This document shows positions 38,151-50,371 of a DNA stretch of 64,000 bases, piece after piece; position 1 is the stretch's first letter; the number at the start of each line of letters is the position of its first letter. Where the stretch lies: NCBI RefSeq assembly GCF_006345805.1, contig NC_042998.1, positions 81,654,001 to 81,718,000 on the forward strand, written 5' to 3'. Origin of the DNA: Octopus sinensis (Eukaryota). Both the position numbers and the translations under genes were made by a program. The notes under the pieces are model-generated. The model worked only from the letters and a program-made list of their open reading frames with translations, did no database searches and was not told the DNA's origin.

Positions 38151-38639
38151 GGAATAGTCTAGTCATTTATTTAAACACAAATCTCTTGAATCAAATAAGT
38201 TTGATGTTGTTTCTGTCGTCCTTGTTTCGCGCCAGGACAGTTAAAATCGCGTCAACCATTAACAAAGGTCGACCCAACTTAGGCATTACCATTTATTGTA
38301 TATAAGGATCCCTAATTCTGAATGTGTACAAAAGTGTTCATTAAGACGCAAGGATGTGATTTCATGGTGATTTAGCGCATATTTGTTACGGGTGGGAAAA
38401 TAACATTATCTCATACACGTAAAGTAATAAATCTTACTCTGTCTTCATCTGTTGTACATAAGTTCTCATGTGCGTTCGTATGTCTGTTTCTTTGTATTAT
38501 CGCTGTTGAAATTGGTTCAACTGAACTACTAGACTACTTTGTATTGTATTTTTATAGATATTGACATGACAATATTCATTCATATTACACTTCATTTCTT
38601 AATAATCAGGTATATATATATATATATATATATATAGTT

Positions 38640-38760
38640 TGGTTCCATGTTCAGTTCTATTGTGTGGCACCTTGGGCGAGTGACTTCTACTTTAACCTCA
38701 GATCAACCAAAACTTTGCCAGTGAATTTAACGCACAAACTACCAGTCGCACAGACACAAA
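38640..38760 (+). mobile_element. SINE family B fragment
   Basis: ggttccatgttcagttctattgtgtggcaccttgggcgagtg. Confidence 0.65.
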
Positions 38761-38920
38761 CTCAGACACAGCCATACGTGAGTGTATCTTATGATAATCA
38801 AAATAAACTTTGGTTGTCTAGGTGCTTGATGCTTTATATCGTATAGAGAGAGGGGAGAAGGGGGAAGAGAGGAGAGATACTGAGTGATTTAATTGAAGAG
38901 ACAGGAATTCAGTGACTTAC

Positions 38921-38926
38921 AAGTGT
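38921..38926 (-). other. Candidate 6-nt micro-exon (ACACTT) of an unidentified host gene
   Basis: Minus strand: ctgCTAAAtatcatttcaaaaTGCgtctttttcag|ACACTT|GTAAGT. Confidence 0.3.
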
Positions 38927-39273
38927 CTGAAAAAGACGCATTTTGAAATGATATTTAGCAGAGATAGGTCTTTAAATGTGAAGATTGCAATTATATTCTG
39001 AAAATCTAAAAAGAAAGAATACATTTATTGTAAATATACAAACAGAAATTTGTTTTATTTAATATACTTTAAAGTGATAAGTAATTTTCTTTATAGAAAA
39101 TTAGTTTTAATTTCATCATTTTGTATCAGCAACAAGAAATCTGAGTGCAGTTAAATTATAATGATTCTTTGAACACTATCTTAGCAAAGTATACTTCGAA
39201 AGTTTCTCGCCCGATGGCTGGTGACAATCATCACACGCACACTCATATTATATACACATACATACATACATGC

Positions 39274-39479
<206 letters not shown>

Positions 39480-39498
39480 GTGTGTATGTGTGTGTTGT

Positions 39499-39722
39499 GT
39501 GGAGGCACAATGGCCCAGTAGTTAGGGCAAAGCGGACTTGCAGTCACAGGATCGCGGTTTCGATTCCCAGGCCGGGCGTTGCGAGTGTTTATTGAGCGGA
39601 AACACTTCAAGCTCCACGAGCCACCGGCAGGGTAGGGTGGTGGCGAACCCTGCTGTACTCTTTCACCGCAACTTTCTCTCATTCTTTCTTCCTGTTTCTG
39701 TTGTACCTGTATTTCAAAGGAA
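39499..39722 (+). mobile_element. tRNA-derived SINE family C, 3'-truncated
   Basis: GTGGAGGCACAATGGCCCAGTAGTTAGG (A box) ... GGTTTCGATTCCC (B box); matches 47806-48190. Confidence 0.9.
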
Positions 39723-39940
39723 CTGATCGTCTCAGTTCGAAGGTTTTATTTATGTTTATAAGACTGCCATATTAATATATATATGTGTGTGTGAGTGTGT
39801 GTGCAAGCGCGCGCATGTGTGTACGTACAAATATATATATATATACACACGTACACACATATATACATATATACACATCCATACGTTTATACACATATAC
39901 GTATGTAGTTGTATAATTAATATGCATGTATCTCTATGTA

Positions 39941-39971
<31 letters not shown>

Positions 39972-40495
39972 CACACACACAGACGCGTATATATGCATAT
40001 AGACAAATGAACATATGTACATATATATTCACACGCACTCGTTTTTTACGCGTACATCCTTACTCAAGGATTGCAGAAGCAGGATCCGAACCACCAATCT
40101 GTCGCTTTGTTTTAAGATATCTGGTAATGGGTAAGAAGATGATTGTGTACCTACAATTTTTATATTCAATATCTACTACAGGTATAGAGTTAGGTGAAAA
40201 TTTGCAAGATAAATTTGTATAGATTCCGGTAACTGTTAATGGTCGCCCGGCATTGATAGTTGTGTCGATCGACCTTTTTGACGGTCGAATACATGTGAAA
40301 GCTTTTTATCTTTTCGTAGTCGATAGATGTAAATGATTAAAAAAAAAAGCAGCATTTAAACACGAACACACACGCACATACAAATGGATAAATGTATCAG
40401 TACATATATTCATATACACATGTCTGCCTCTGTATATATTCATATACACAGGTAGACATACATCTATGTGAATTACATACATATACATGTACGAT

Positions 40496-40539
<44 letters not shown>

Positions 40540-40548
40540 TCTCTCTCT

Positions 40549-40755
40549 TAGCCGAATAAATCGATCCCAGGATTTATACTTTGTAAGCCTAGTACTTATT
40601 CTATCCTCTCTTTTGCTGAACTGCTATGTTACGGGGACGTAAAGACATCAACATCGGTTGTGAAGAATTTGGTCGCCCGAGGTTATAGTAGAGTACACCT
40701 GCTCAAGCTATCACGTAGTGGGACTGAACCAGGAATCATGTGGTTGGGAAGCGCC

Positions 40756-40757
<2 letters not shown>
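40549..40757 (-). mobile_element. SINE family B (internally deleted)
   Basis: gtaagcctagtacttattctat...gttacggggacgtaaa...cgcagtgggactgaacc.ggaa.catgtggttgg. Confidence 0.8.
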
Positions 40758-40790
<33 letters not shown>

Positions 40791-40834
40791 TATAGATAGA
40801 TAGATAGATAGATAATATATATATATATTATATT

Positions 40835-40867
<33 letters not shown>

Positions 40868-40883
40868 ATATTATATATATATA

Positions 40884-40938
<55 letters not shown>

Positions 40939-41195
40939 ACAGATAAAGGGTGAAATATAATTAATTTATAAAATCAACAAATTTCACCTCGTAATATTTC
41001 GGTATGGTTTATATTATAACAATGAGGGTCTTTGCAACAAGTTGCTAGACCACATACTGAAAGTTTTAGAAATAGCAGCCAGAGGACTGCTATTTCCTTT
41101 TACTACAAAAATATGTCTCCACAGACATATATATAATATATATATATTAAGTCTTTCCTCGTTTGTTTTTTGCAAAATAGTGGTTTTGTCTCTAA

Positions 41196-41245
<50 letters not shown>

Positions 41246-41657
41246 AATTAATTATAATTATGCTGCATTTATTTCTAAATGCTGTATTGTGTTTCCGTGA
41301 AAATTTGGCGCGCTGTTAGTTGGGGCATTTGAATTATAACGTCGGATGTAATCAATTGAACCACACGCGTATTTATCATTATGGTAAAATCTGGCGTGTG
41401 ATTGAGTGGATTTCATCAGATAGTTTTGGCTGAGGAGCTACAAGTGGATTTTTTGTAAGTAAAATTACATTTAATTCATTAATAGCGAAACAATTGTCCC
41501 AAAATAATCTGTATTTTTGTTATTTTTTATTTGCCCTGTCCGTGTGAGCTAACAATCGTACTGACTTTCATGGGAAACATGTATTTTTGTGGTGAAACCT
41601 TTTGGATTAACTGGTGCTAGAGTGAGCCATATAGTGACCACTCTCTTATATTTATTT

Positions 41658-41694
<37 letters not shown>

Positions 41695-42085
41695 ATACAC
41701 ATACATACATATACATATATGTGTGTGTGTGTGCGTGTTTGTATACAAAATTTTTACACTTGCGTATGCATGTATGTATGAATATATTATATATATACAT
41801 ACACATACATATATGTATTTACTTAAGAGCGTCTACAATAAATAACGTATCCCGTCAGTTTCTATAAATATTTCCATTACACTCCCAAACTCTGTCAAAC
41901 TCTATGTAAATACACTGCCACCTCATAGACGGGATAATAATAAGAATATATAGCAATATTTCTGCAATCGTATCCTCACTGTCAAGCTATCTGTTTGATA
42001 TGCAGTAAAAATATATATCTAATTATTTCTACAATACTGTTAGAAAATTCATTCACCTATTAATTGTGATATTGTTGTTTGTCTC

Positions 42086-42142
<57 letters not shown>

Positions 42143-42345
42143 CGTGTGTGTTGTTTTCGAGTGCGTGGGTGTGTGACGGGAATCATTCATAAGCGTGTGG
42201 CTGTAATTAAGTTAGTCTGATTTTTACGGCTGCTGCTTTGACAGTCGTGTGTTCCCGAAGGACACAATAAGGATAATTGATCTGCTGGTCGCATTAAGCG
42301 GGAAAAGTAGTTATACCACGCATTTAAGATTGACTGTGGGCTTAC

Positions 42346-42378
42346 CTCCTACACTATATCGCATGTCACTCCTACAAA
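42346..42378 (-). other. Candidate 33-nt exon of an unidentified host gene
   Basis: Minus strand: cattttacttctctatcacactgcag|TTTGTAGGAGTGACATGCGATATAGTGTAGGAG|gtaagc. One frame is open (phase 1-1: CRSDMRYSVG). Confidence 0.35.
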
Positions 42379-42565
42379 CTGCAGTGTGATAGAGAAGTAA
42401 AATGATATCACATAAACCTTAATAAATTTGGAAATTATATGTGATAGGTAGGTGGGCTGCTCTCTCTCAGCGATCCACTCACTCTCTAACCAGACGTCCG
42501 TCTCTCCGTCCGACTGTCTATCCGTCCGTCTGTCTGTCCGTCTGTCTCTTCCTCTTATCTCTTTC

Positions 42566-42613
<48 letters not shown>

Positions 42614-43846
42614 CCATCTACTAAATTTTCTACAACTTTTCATTTCAAAATTTAAATTGACACACGCACATACACGAAATGTATGTAAGTATGTATGTGT
42701 GTTATAGAAATAATAACTATATATATATATGTTTCCATGTTAACGGTAAACAAAGGATAATTCATTCATCAATTTATATATACATGTAATATATTATATA
42801 TATATATATATATATATCTATATTATATATATATATATACATATGTATATATATTGTATATATATATATGTGTGTGTGTACATGCATAGATACCAATATA
42901 TAGGTACACACGCGCGTGTGTATATAAACATTAATATATATATATATTATATATATATATATCTATGTAAATGATATATATTTATATATATATTATGTTA
43001 TATATATGTATATATATGTGTATATATATATATGTGTGTATATATATATTATATACATTTGTGCCTGTGTGTATATATGTGTATGTGAGATTATATACAT
43101 ACACCAAAGCATACATTTTATATATAAAGCCACACACACATATATACTTATACGCACGCAGGTAAGAATATATAAATGTATTTTGCATGGATGTATGCAT
43201 GTATATACAAACACACACACACAGTCACAAACACACACAAATATATATATATATATTTGTGTGTGTGTACATAATGTTATGCTCATGTCCAACTTGTGTA
43301 CACTTTTATGTTAACCTTCGCCTACGTCATTGCAATATCAGCTGCTTCTCTCTGTCACGAGTTAAACGAAGTCCAATATTTTAGTCTAGTTGAATTGCTT
43401 ATTTCAAATATACATTTTGATAAATCGATTTATTTTGTGTTATACTACATAACGGGAGAATGGAACAAATAGAGATATTTCAATGAATGTCTGATTTATT
43501 GAGAGTTCAAAACCTAGTTGGGGTAACTTTATCTTTTAGACAGTCGGAGTCGAGAAAGTAATATAAGCTAAGTGCAGCTGTATCTATAAACATGTACGAC
43601 AGTGTTTCAAATACTACCATGTGATGTAGGCTGTGAAGAATTATTACGAATGTCTTTAATACTCCGACATCCTTTCGTATTTTTTTAATGGTTTGATTAA
43701 CGTCTTAATACATATTCAACATTAATCATATAATTTAAAACCTAGCTACGGCAGATCGACTTAGTTTTTCAGTGAAGGGTATATAATAGCATAACAAAAA
43801 GGATTATGCCCGTATATACTTATCATATATATATATATAATATATA

Positions 43847-43926
<80 letters not shown>

Positions 43927-44137
43927 CTATATATACATATATATATACATATATATATACTATATATTATTTAATGTATATGTATATATATGTATGTATA
44001 TATATATGATATATATATAATATATAATGAATGTATATATATATATACATACATACATATATACATATACATCATATATATACATATATATATATGTATA
44101 TATGTGTGTATATATATATATAGTTTATGTATATATA

Positions 44138-44204
<67 letters not shown>

Positions 44205-44205
<1 letters not shown>

Positions 44206-44470
44206 GGTCCCGGGTTGATTCGGGGTTAACCACAGTAAATAAGGTACTCAATACATAGTAGAGTAAAATTAATTTATTATATAGAAGGAGCTTCTACAGG
44301 ACTAGAACTGTTTCATTCAAGAGAAATCTTCAGGAAGCTAGTTAACAAGAATTGTATTGGCATTTATACATTTAGCAGGTTTAAAGGGGTGTTGGTGGGG
44401 GACTTTTTGGGGGTAGGCATAGCGCAAAATATCATACTTGGGGGAGTGGTCAAGGAGTCATGTTAAATTA
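44205..44470 (-). mobile_element. PLE pLTR-like fragment abutting (TA)n
   Basis: Non-repetitive block directly after a long TA tract that contains a complete hammerhead motif. Confidence 0.55.
44289..44339 (-). ncRNA. Type I hammerhead ribozyme (best-formed copy)
   Basis: Minus strand: AGCTTC-CTGAAGA-t-ttc(tctt)gaa-t-GAAACAG(ttctagtc)CTGTA^GAAGCT. Perfect 6-bp stem I, 4-bp stem III, GUA site; U-U at the base of stem II. Confidence 0.75.
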
Positions 44471-44629
44471 GATAGAAGAATAAATAAAAAAATAAAAAAA
44501 ATATATAAAAAAATATAAAAAAATATATAAAAAAAAGGGAATAGAGTTTTTACGTAAATAAGGAGATTCTCACTTATACCTATGCACATATGTATACATA
44601 TATACACACACATACAAACATATATACAT

Positions 44630-45090
44630 ATACATGCACCACCTTGCACACACTAGCATTGACCACTTCCCAGCACCCATACCTCACACAACCACACCAC
44701 ACCACTTCGTACACACTAGCACAGACCACTTCCCAGCACCCACACCATCATCCTCACACCTAATTATGCACACACACACATGTCAAGGTCACCAGCCCCT
44801 ATCTAGACGCACACACACGCTTTCACATACACACGCACCAACACCTTCGTTTTGGGATCACCACTACTTTAGTATCTCCCTTTATTCCTAGCTCTCCTTT
44901 CGGACCACCTCTGTCCGGCCATCGCCATGAGTGACCGGTTTCTTTTTTATTCTCTCTCTCTTTATTTTCTCGTGCTCCTTTCCGTTGAAGAACATAGGCT
45001 CAAAACGTAAAAGACTCACCTTCACGAGCATTAAACTAATACAACTGTTTGTTGTTTACACACCTGTCTTCGTCTTTTGTTTTTTTTTTG
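44630..45090 (+). mobile_element. 3' region/pLTR of the same PLE family as 25850-26925
   Basis: Collinear reverse-complement similarity; degenerate hammerhead-like cttt-CCGTTGA-agaac(atag)gctc-AAAAC-GTA-aaag at 44977-45014. Confidence 0.7.
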
Positions 45091-45100
45091 TAAATTTCAA

Positions 45101-45139
<39 letters not shown>

Positions 45140-45354
45140 CCTCCCTCCCTCTCTCTCTCTCTATATATATATGTATATATATATATATATGTATACACAC
45201 ACACGTTTCCTTCTCTGAGCGTCTCTTAATACTTTGCATGTACCACGTCCTCGCGCTGTTGTTTTTTCTTTTTTGTTCGTTTTTGTTATGGATTTGATAT
45301 ATATATATTCATTATCTTAAGGGCTATTACTACAAGTAAACGTCTCACGTTGTA

Positions 45355-46183
45355 ATGGGTCCCCCATAAATAACGCTGCTTTTTCAATCCCATGAACTAA
45401 AAGCAGGTAGCAATTTAACTTCTACTAATTCTTAGTGGAAGTTTCGAAGAGTATAGTTCGATTTTAACAGTTATTTTATGAAAGCTATAATGGAAGTGAC
45501 AAAGGAGCATATTCGGCATATTTTGCTTTATGAGTACACTAAAGGCAACAGCGCAACGGAAAGTGCGAGGAATGTTAATGCTGTATATGGGGATCGGACA
45601 ATAAGTGTAACCTTCTATCAACAGTGGATCCAGAAATTCCGTAGAAGACGAGCCGCGTCCTGGAAGATCTGTAGATCTCAACAAAGACGATCTACAGACC
45701 CTGGTCGAAGATAGACCCATCGTAATTGTTGAGGAACTAGCACAGAAGCTTGAATTTGATCATTCAACTCTTCATCGACACCTGCATGGCATCGGAAAAG
45801 TCAGAATATTGGGTCAATGGATTCCTCACAAACTTCGAGTCAAACGGCGCGCAGAGAGTGAATATGTGCTCTTCTTTGCTATCATGTCTCAGAAATGAAC
45901 CTTTTGTTTTTGACCGAAAAGTGACTGGTGATGAGAACTTGGTTATCTATAAAAATATCAAGTGTCGAAGACAGTGAGTAAGAAAAGGCGAAACCCAGGC
46001 TAAAGGAGGTTTTCACCCACGTGAGATGTTATCTGTTTGGTAGGATACGCAAGGTTTAGTCCACTTTGAACTTTTAAGAGCAAACTACACGATAATAATA
46101 GAGTTCTACTGAAAGCAGCTTGAGCGACTTAAGTCAGCGCTAGAAGAAAAACGACCACCTTTGCTTTCAAGACGTGGTTTTTA
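45355..46183 (+). pseudogene. Truncated mariner transposon, transposase pseudogene
   Basis: MEVTKEHIRHILLYEYTKGNSATESARNVNAVYG...QQWIQKFR (ATG 45490); EELAQKLEFDHSTLHRHL...GQWIPH (WVPHEL-like); VTGDENLVIY (first catalytic D); QLERLKSALEEKRP. It breaks off before the HDNA motif. Confidence 0.92.
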
Positions 46184-46222
46184 GTGATGAATAGAATTAT
46201 ACATTACGAGAAAACAAAACCG

Positions 46223-46294
<72 letters not shown>

Positions 46295-46299
46295 CTATA

Positions 46300-46334
<35 letters not shown>

Positions 46335-46480
46335 CTATATATATATAATATATATATGTGTGTGTGTGTGTGTGTTGTATGTATGTATATGTATAAATTT
46401 AAATTAAAATAACAAGGGGAAAACTTGGATATATTTGATTATATCAGTTTCAAAACAAATTATTTCTCATCACCAGTCAC

Positions 46481-47123
46481 GTTCTGGCGTTTGCTAAATT
46501 TTCTTGAGAACATTCCTTCTTTAATGATAAGACTATAAGGGGTCGACTACTAGCATAATGGATGTCCACTTAGTGGTCATCCGTCTTATATATATATGTA
46601 ATATAATTTTTCTGAATCTTAAGATTTTTCTATATGCTAGACCACTGTTTTTAAATTGATATTAATCAAATTAATATTCAAGTTTTCACCCTTATTTTAA
46701 TTTTAAATTTAAATAACTATGTTCTCTAACCGGGACAATTCACGACAGAGAATTATTTTCTTCAGAATTATTTCCGGTATTTTGGCGCGCCAAAACGATG
46801 ACTTTTGAAATATAACCCCAAATGTAATTGGTAGAACTATATACATGTTCAATCTCATGCGGACGTCTCGTGCATAGTTCTGTAAATTATAATTTGCTAT
46901 GACGATCATACTGACGAGTTACGGACATCTACGTAAGTGATTACGTAAGTGGTAACGAAATCGGCTTTGTGATTAATCTGTATATTTTTTATCTTTTCAT
47001 TTGCTTTACTCGCTTATGTTCTAGCGTTTGTTAAATTTTTTGAGAACTTTCTTTCTTAGTGGTAAGACCATAGGGGGTCGACTTCTAGCATAATAGATGT
47101 TACTTAGTGGTCATCCCCCTTAT
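46481..47123 (+). repeat. Two ~110 bp direct repeats (46481-46590, 47018-47123), each ending in TA tracts; pLTR-like tandem
   Basis: gttct(g/a)gcgtttg.taaattt...tgagaac...taagac.ata.ggggtcgact.ctagcataat.gatg...acttagtggtcatcc..cttata. An inverted repeat also pairs ~46394-46455 with ~46645-46712. Confidence 0.8.
46904..46974 (+). ncRNA. Type I hammerhead motif with extended, branched stem II
   Basis: gatcata-CTGACGA-gttac[...acgtaa(gtga)ttacgt...]gtaac-GAAA-tcggctt-tgtgatt. Stem I has 7 bp with wobbles; stem III is imperfect. Confidence 0.55.
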
Positions 47124-47126
47124 ATG

Positions 47127-47168
<42 letters not shown>

Positions 47169-47262
47169 CATAAAATAATCATTTATTCTTGTGTCATCTC
47201 TCTTTCTCACACACAGAGACACACACGCACACATAAATATATGTATGTATATATATATATAC

Positions 47263-47319
<57 letters not shown>

Positions 47320-47636
47320 GAGGGAGAGAGAGAAAGCGACGTCTATGTATATGCATATATTCGTTGATATTATGCAAAAGGATCGTAAGTTCAAAATGTT
47401 GCTTTTTCTGTAAACGAGAAAAACAAAAAATAGTTTCACCATTCCATAGCAAAACCGTTGTACAAAACTTTGACAATATTTGATATTTTGGCATCCGAAG
47501 CAGCTGGAGATACGATAGTTTGACCAAAAGAAACGGCTATTGCCAACAAATATAGATATTGAAAAAAGTACATTTGGCCAAATTTGGACATACGACAGTT
47601 TTAACGTAACAGCAACGATAGATATAAATAAATTAA

Positions 47637-48250
47637 AGGCGGTCAGCTGGCTTTATCGTTATCATGTCAGACAAAATAATTGGCAGCATTTCATCCGCCA
47701 TTACGTATTGAGTTCTAATTCCGTCAAGGTCGACATATCCTTTTATCTTTTCTAGTCGATAAAAAAAGTAGCGGCTGAGCTCTAGGGTTGATGTAATCAA
47801 CTAGCGTGGAGGCGCAATGGCCCAGTGGTTAGGGCAGCGGACTCGCGGTCATAGGATCGCGGTTTCGATTCCCAGACCGGGCGTTGTGAGTGTTTATTGA
47901 GTGAATACACCTAAAGCTCCACGAGGCTCCGGCAGGGGATGGTGGTGATCCCTGCTGTACTCTTTCACCACAACTTTCTCTCACTCTTACTTCCTGTTTC
48001 TGTAGTACCTGTATTTCAAAGGGCCAGCCTTGTCACTCTCTGTGTCACGCTGAATATCCCCGAGAACTACGTTAAGGGTACACGTGTCTGTGGAGTGCTC
48101 AGCCACTTACACATTAATTTCACGAGCAGGCTGTTCCGTTGATTCGGATCAACCGGAACCCTCATCGTCGTAACCGACGGAGTGCTTCCATAATCAACTA
48201 GCTCCCCTCCCCAAATTCCAGGTCTGGTGCCTACAGAAGAAAAGATATGT
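47637..48250 (+). mobile_element. Old SINE family A copy, interrupted by a family C SINE
   Basis: The family A head (aaggcggtcagctggc...gagttctaattccgtc.aggtcgac) precedes the insertion; the family A tail (cccctccccaaatt...ggtctggtgcct) follows it. Confidence 0.7.
47806..48190 (+). mobile_element. Full-length SINE family C with 12-bp TSD
   Basis: TSD TAATCAACTAGC at 47794-47805 and 48191-48202; intact A and B boxes. Confidence 0.95.
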
Positions 48251-48465
48251 TTGGATGTGTTTCTGCTCAACTATTTACTTGTTTGCCCTAATTGTCGTGT
48301 CCATCATCTCTGGCCTCTTTTAAACTACATCAATCCCTCGCCATATCGCGATTTCCTTTTCGCAGTTCATCTAACGCAGTTTATTATTTAAGCTTACGTC
48401 AGTTCCTCCGTGGTGTTGTTTTGCATTTATAATAAAATAAATATACGCTCTCTCTCTCTCTCTCT

Positions 48466-48855
48466 TTTTTTACTTGTTTCAGTCATTTGACTGTGGTCAT
48501 GCTAGACCACCGCCTTTAGTCGAGCAAATTGACCCCAGGACTTATTCTTTGTAAGCCTAGTACTTATTCCATCGGTCTCTTATGCCTAACCGCTAAGTTA
48601 CGGAGACGTAAACACACCAGCATGTTGGGGGTACAAGTACAGACGCACAAGCATATACGCACAGCATATACGCACACACACATATATATACATATATACG
48701 ACGGGTTTCTTTCAGTTTCCGTCTACCAAATCCATTCTTTGGTCGGCCCGAGGCTATAGTAGAAGATTCTTGCCCAAGGTGCCACGCAGTGGGACTGAAC
48801 CCGGAACCATGTGGTAGGTAAGCAAGCTACTTACCACACAGCCACTCCTGCGCCT
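48466..48855 (-). mobile_element. Near-complete SINE family B (OK-like)
   Basis: Minus strand starts AGGCGCAGGAGTGGCTGTGTGGTAAG (A box) ... GGTTCAGTCCC (B box); internal (TG)n; tail ...gtcaaatgactgaaacaagtaaa. Confidence 0.9.
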
Positions 48856-49183
48856 ATACAAATTATATACAAATTATAAAAATAATTCTAAAAATATACA
48901 CAGTACAATACTGTTGCTACTTCACGGATTTTCACCTATCGCGGGTTGGGTTGAACGTAAAACCAGCGATAGTCGAGGGATTATTGTATATATTTATAGC
49001 TGAAAAATATATTATTTGTGTAACTCCCATCCTGCGGTCACGTTTTATCTGTTTTTCCCATCCTCGCCTTCCTTTAATCTGTGTCACACTTGCTATATTT
49101 ATGTGTCTTCTGTTTATATTTTCGTCCGCCTCCGCTGTCATGAACAGGCATGATATTCACCCCCATACATGCATTCGCAGTCG

Positions 49184-49214
<31 letters not shown>

Positions 49215-49303
49215 ACATAAATACACTTTTACACATGCAGGTGTACGCGAACGTACACATAACCATTCTTCAAACACTCACGGACAAAGAGAAAAGGACT
49301 CAC

Positions 49304-49315
49304 CTGCACACTTAC
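49304..49315 (-). promoter_or_regulatory. Candidate recursive splice site (ratchet point) or 12-nt micro-exon
   Basis: Minus strand: ttgtcatttgttttccgCAG|GTAAGTGTGCAG|GTGAGT. Confidence 0.4.
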
Positions 49316-49329
49316 CTGCGGAAAACAAA

Positions 49330-50180
49330 TGACAAGCACAAACACACAAACTCAACATACAAACACGGTCGCACGTACAAACGCGCAAACACTAATAAAA
49401 TTGCACAAAAAATCCCGCCCCGACACACATATCATCAAACATAAACATACACACGTACGCACATACACACACATACGCGCACACTGACACACGGACAAGC
49501 AGAAACACACACAGACACGTATCATCAAACATAAACACACCACATACGCACACACACATACGCACACACACATACGCACACACAGACACACATACAAACA
49601 CAAACACACACATATCCTCAAACATAAACACACACAAATACGCACACACGCATACACACATACGCACACACAGACACACATACAAACACAAATATTTACA
49701 GATATCATCAAACATGAACATACACACATACGCACACACACACACATACGCGCAGAGACACACACACAAGCAGAAACAGACATATAATCAAACATAAAGA
49801 CACACACAAGCCCCGAACACACACACACACGCATACGCACACACACATACACTCACATACGCACACAGACACACACACAAGCAGAAACAGACATATAATC
49901 AAACATAAAGACACACACATACACAGACACACACAAGCCCGAACACACACACACACACACATACGCACACACACATACACTCACATACGCACACACACAC
50001 ACATAAACACACATACACACACATATGCACACACACATAAACACACATACACACACATACGCACACACACATACACCCACACAAGCCCAAACAAACACAT
50101 ATCATCAAACATAAACACATACACACATACACACACAAACACACATACACACATACGCACACACACATACACGCACACTT
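49330..50180. repeat. Compound (CA)-rich minisatellite with higher-order units
   Basis: Recurring ATCATCAAACATAAAC and AAGCAGAAACA anchors; ~110 bp near-identical tandem pair at ~49762-49990. Confidence 0.9.
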
Positions 50181-50296
50181 GTGTGTCTCCTAGTCACATG
50201 CTTTTGTCTTTTCGCCGCTACCCTCATCAGAACCAATATTTACAAAAACTATCAAATCTTGTTCACATTTTCACTCTCTTTTTCTGTGTGTGTGTG

Positions 50297-50371
<75 letters not shown>

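Noticed and set aside
40077-40130. Plus-strand segment ending in G|GTAAGA with open frames
   Set aside because: The upstream acceptor lacks a polypyrimidine tract; insufficient support.
41330-41430. CTGATGA (minus) with a distant ACGCGT
   Set aside because: No GAAA core at the right spacing.
47806-47880. tRNA-like heads with A and B boxes (also 39499, 54820, 15321, 48780)
   Set aside because: They continue into shared SINE bodies and do not form a complete cloverleaf; not tRNA genes.
50195-50235. CTGATGA...GAAA on the minus strand
   Set aside because: Stem II pairs poorly and no stem III or stem I closure could be built.
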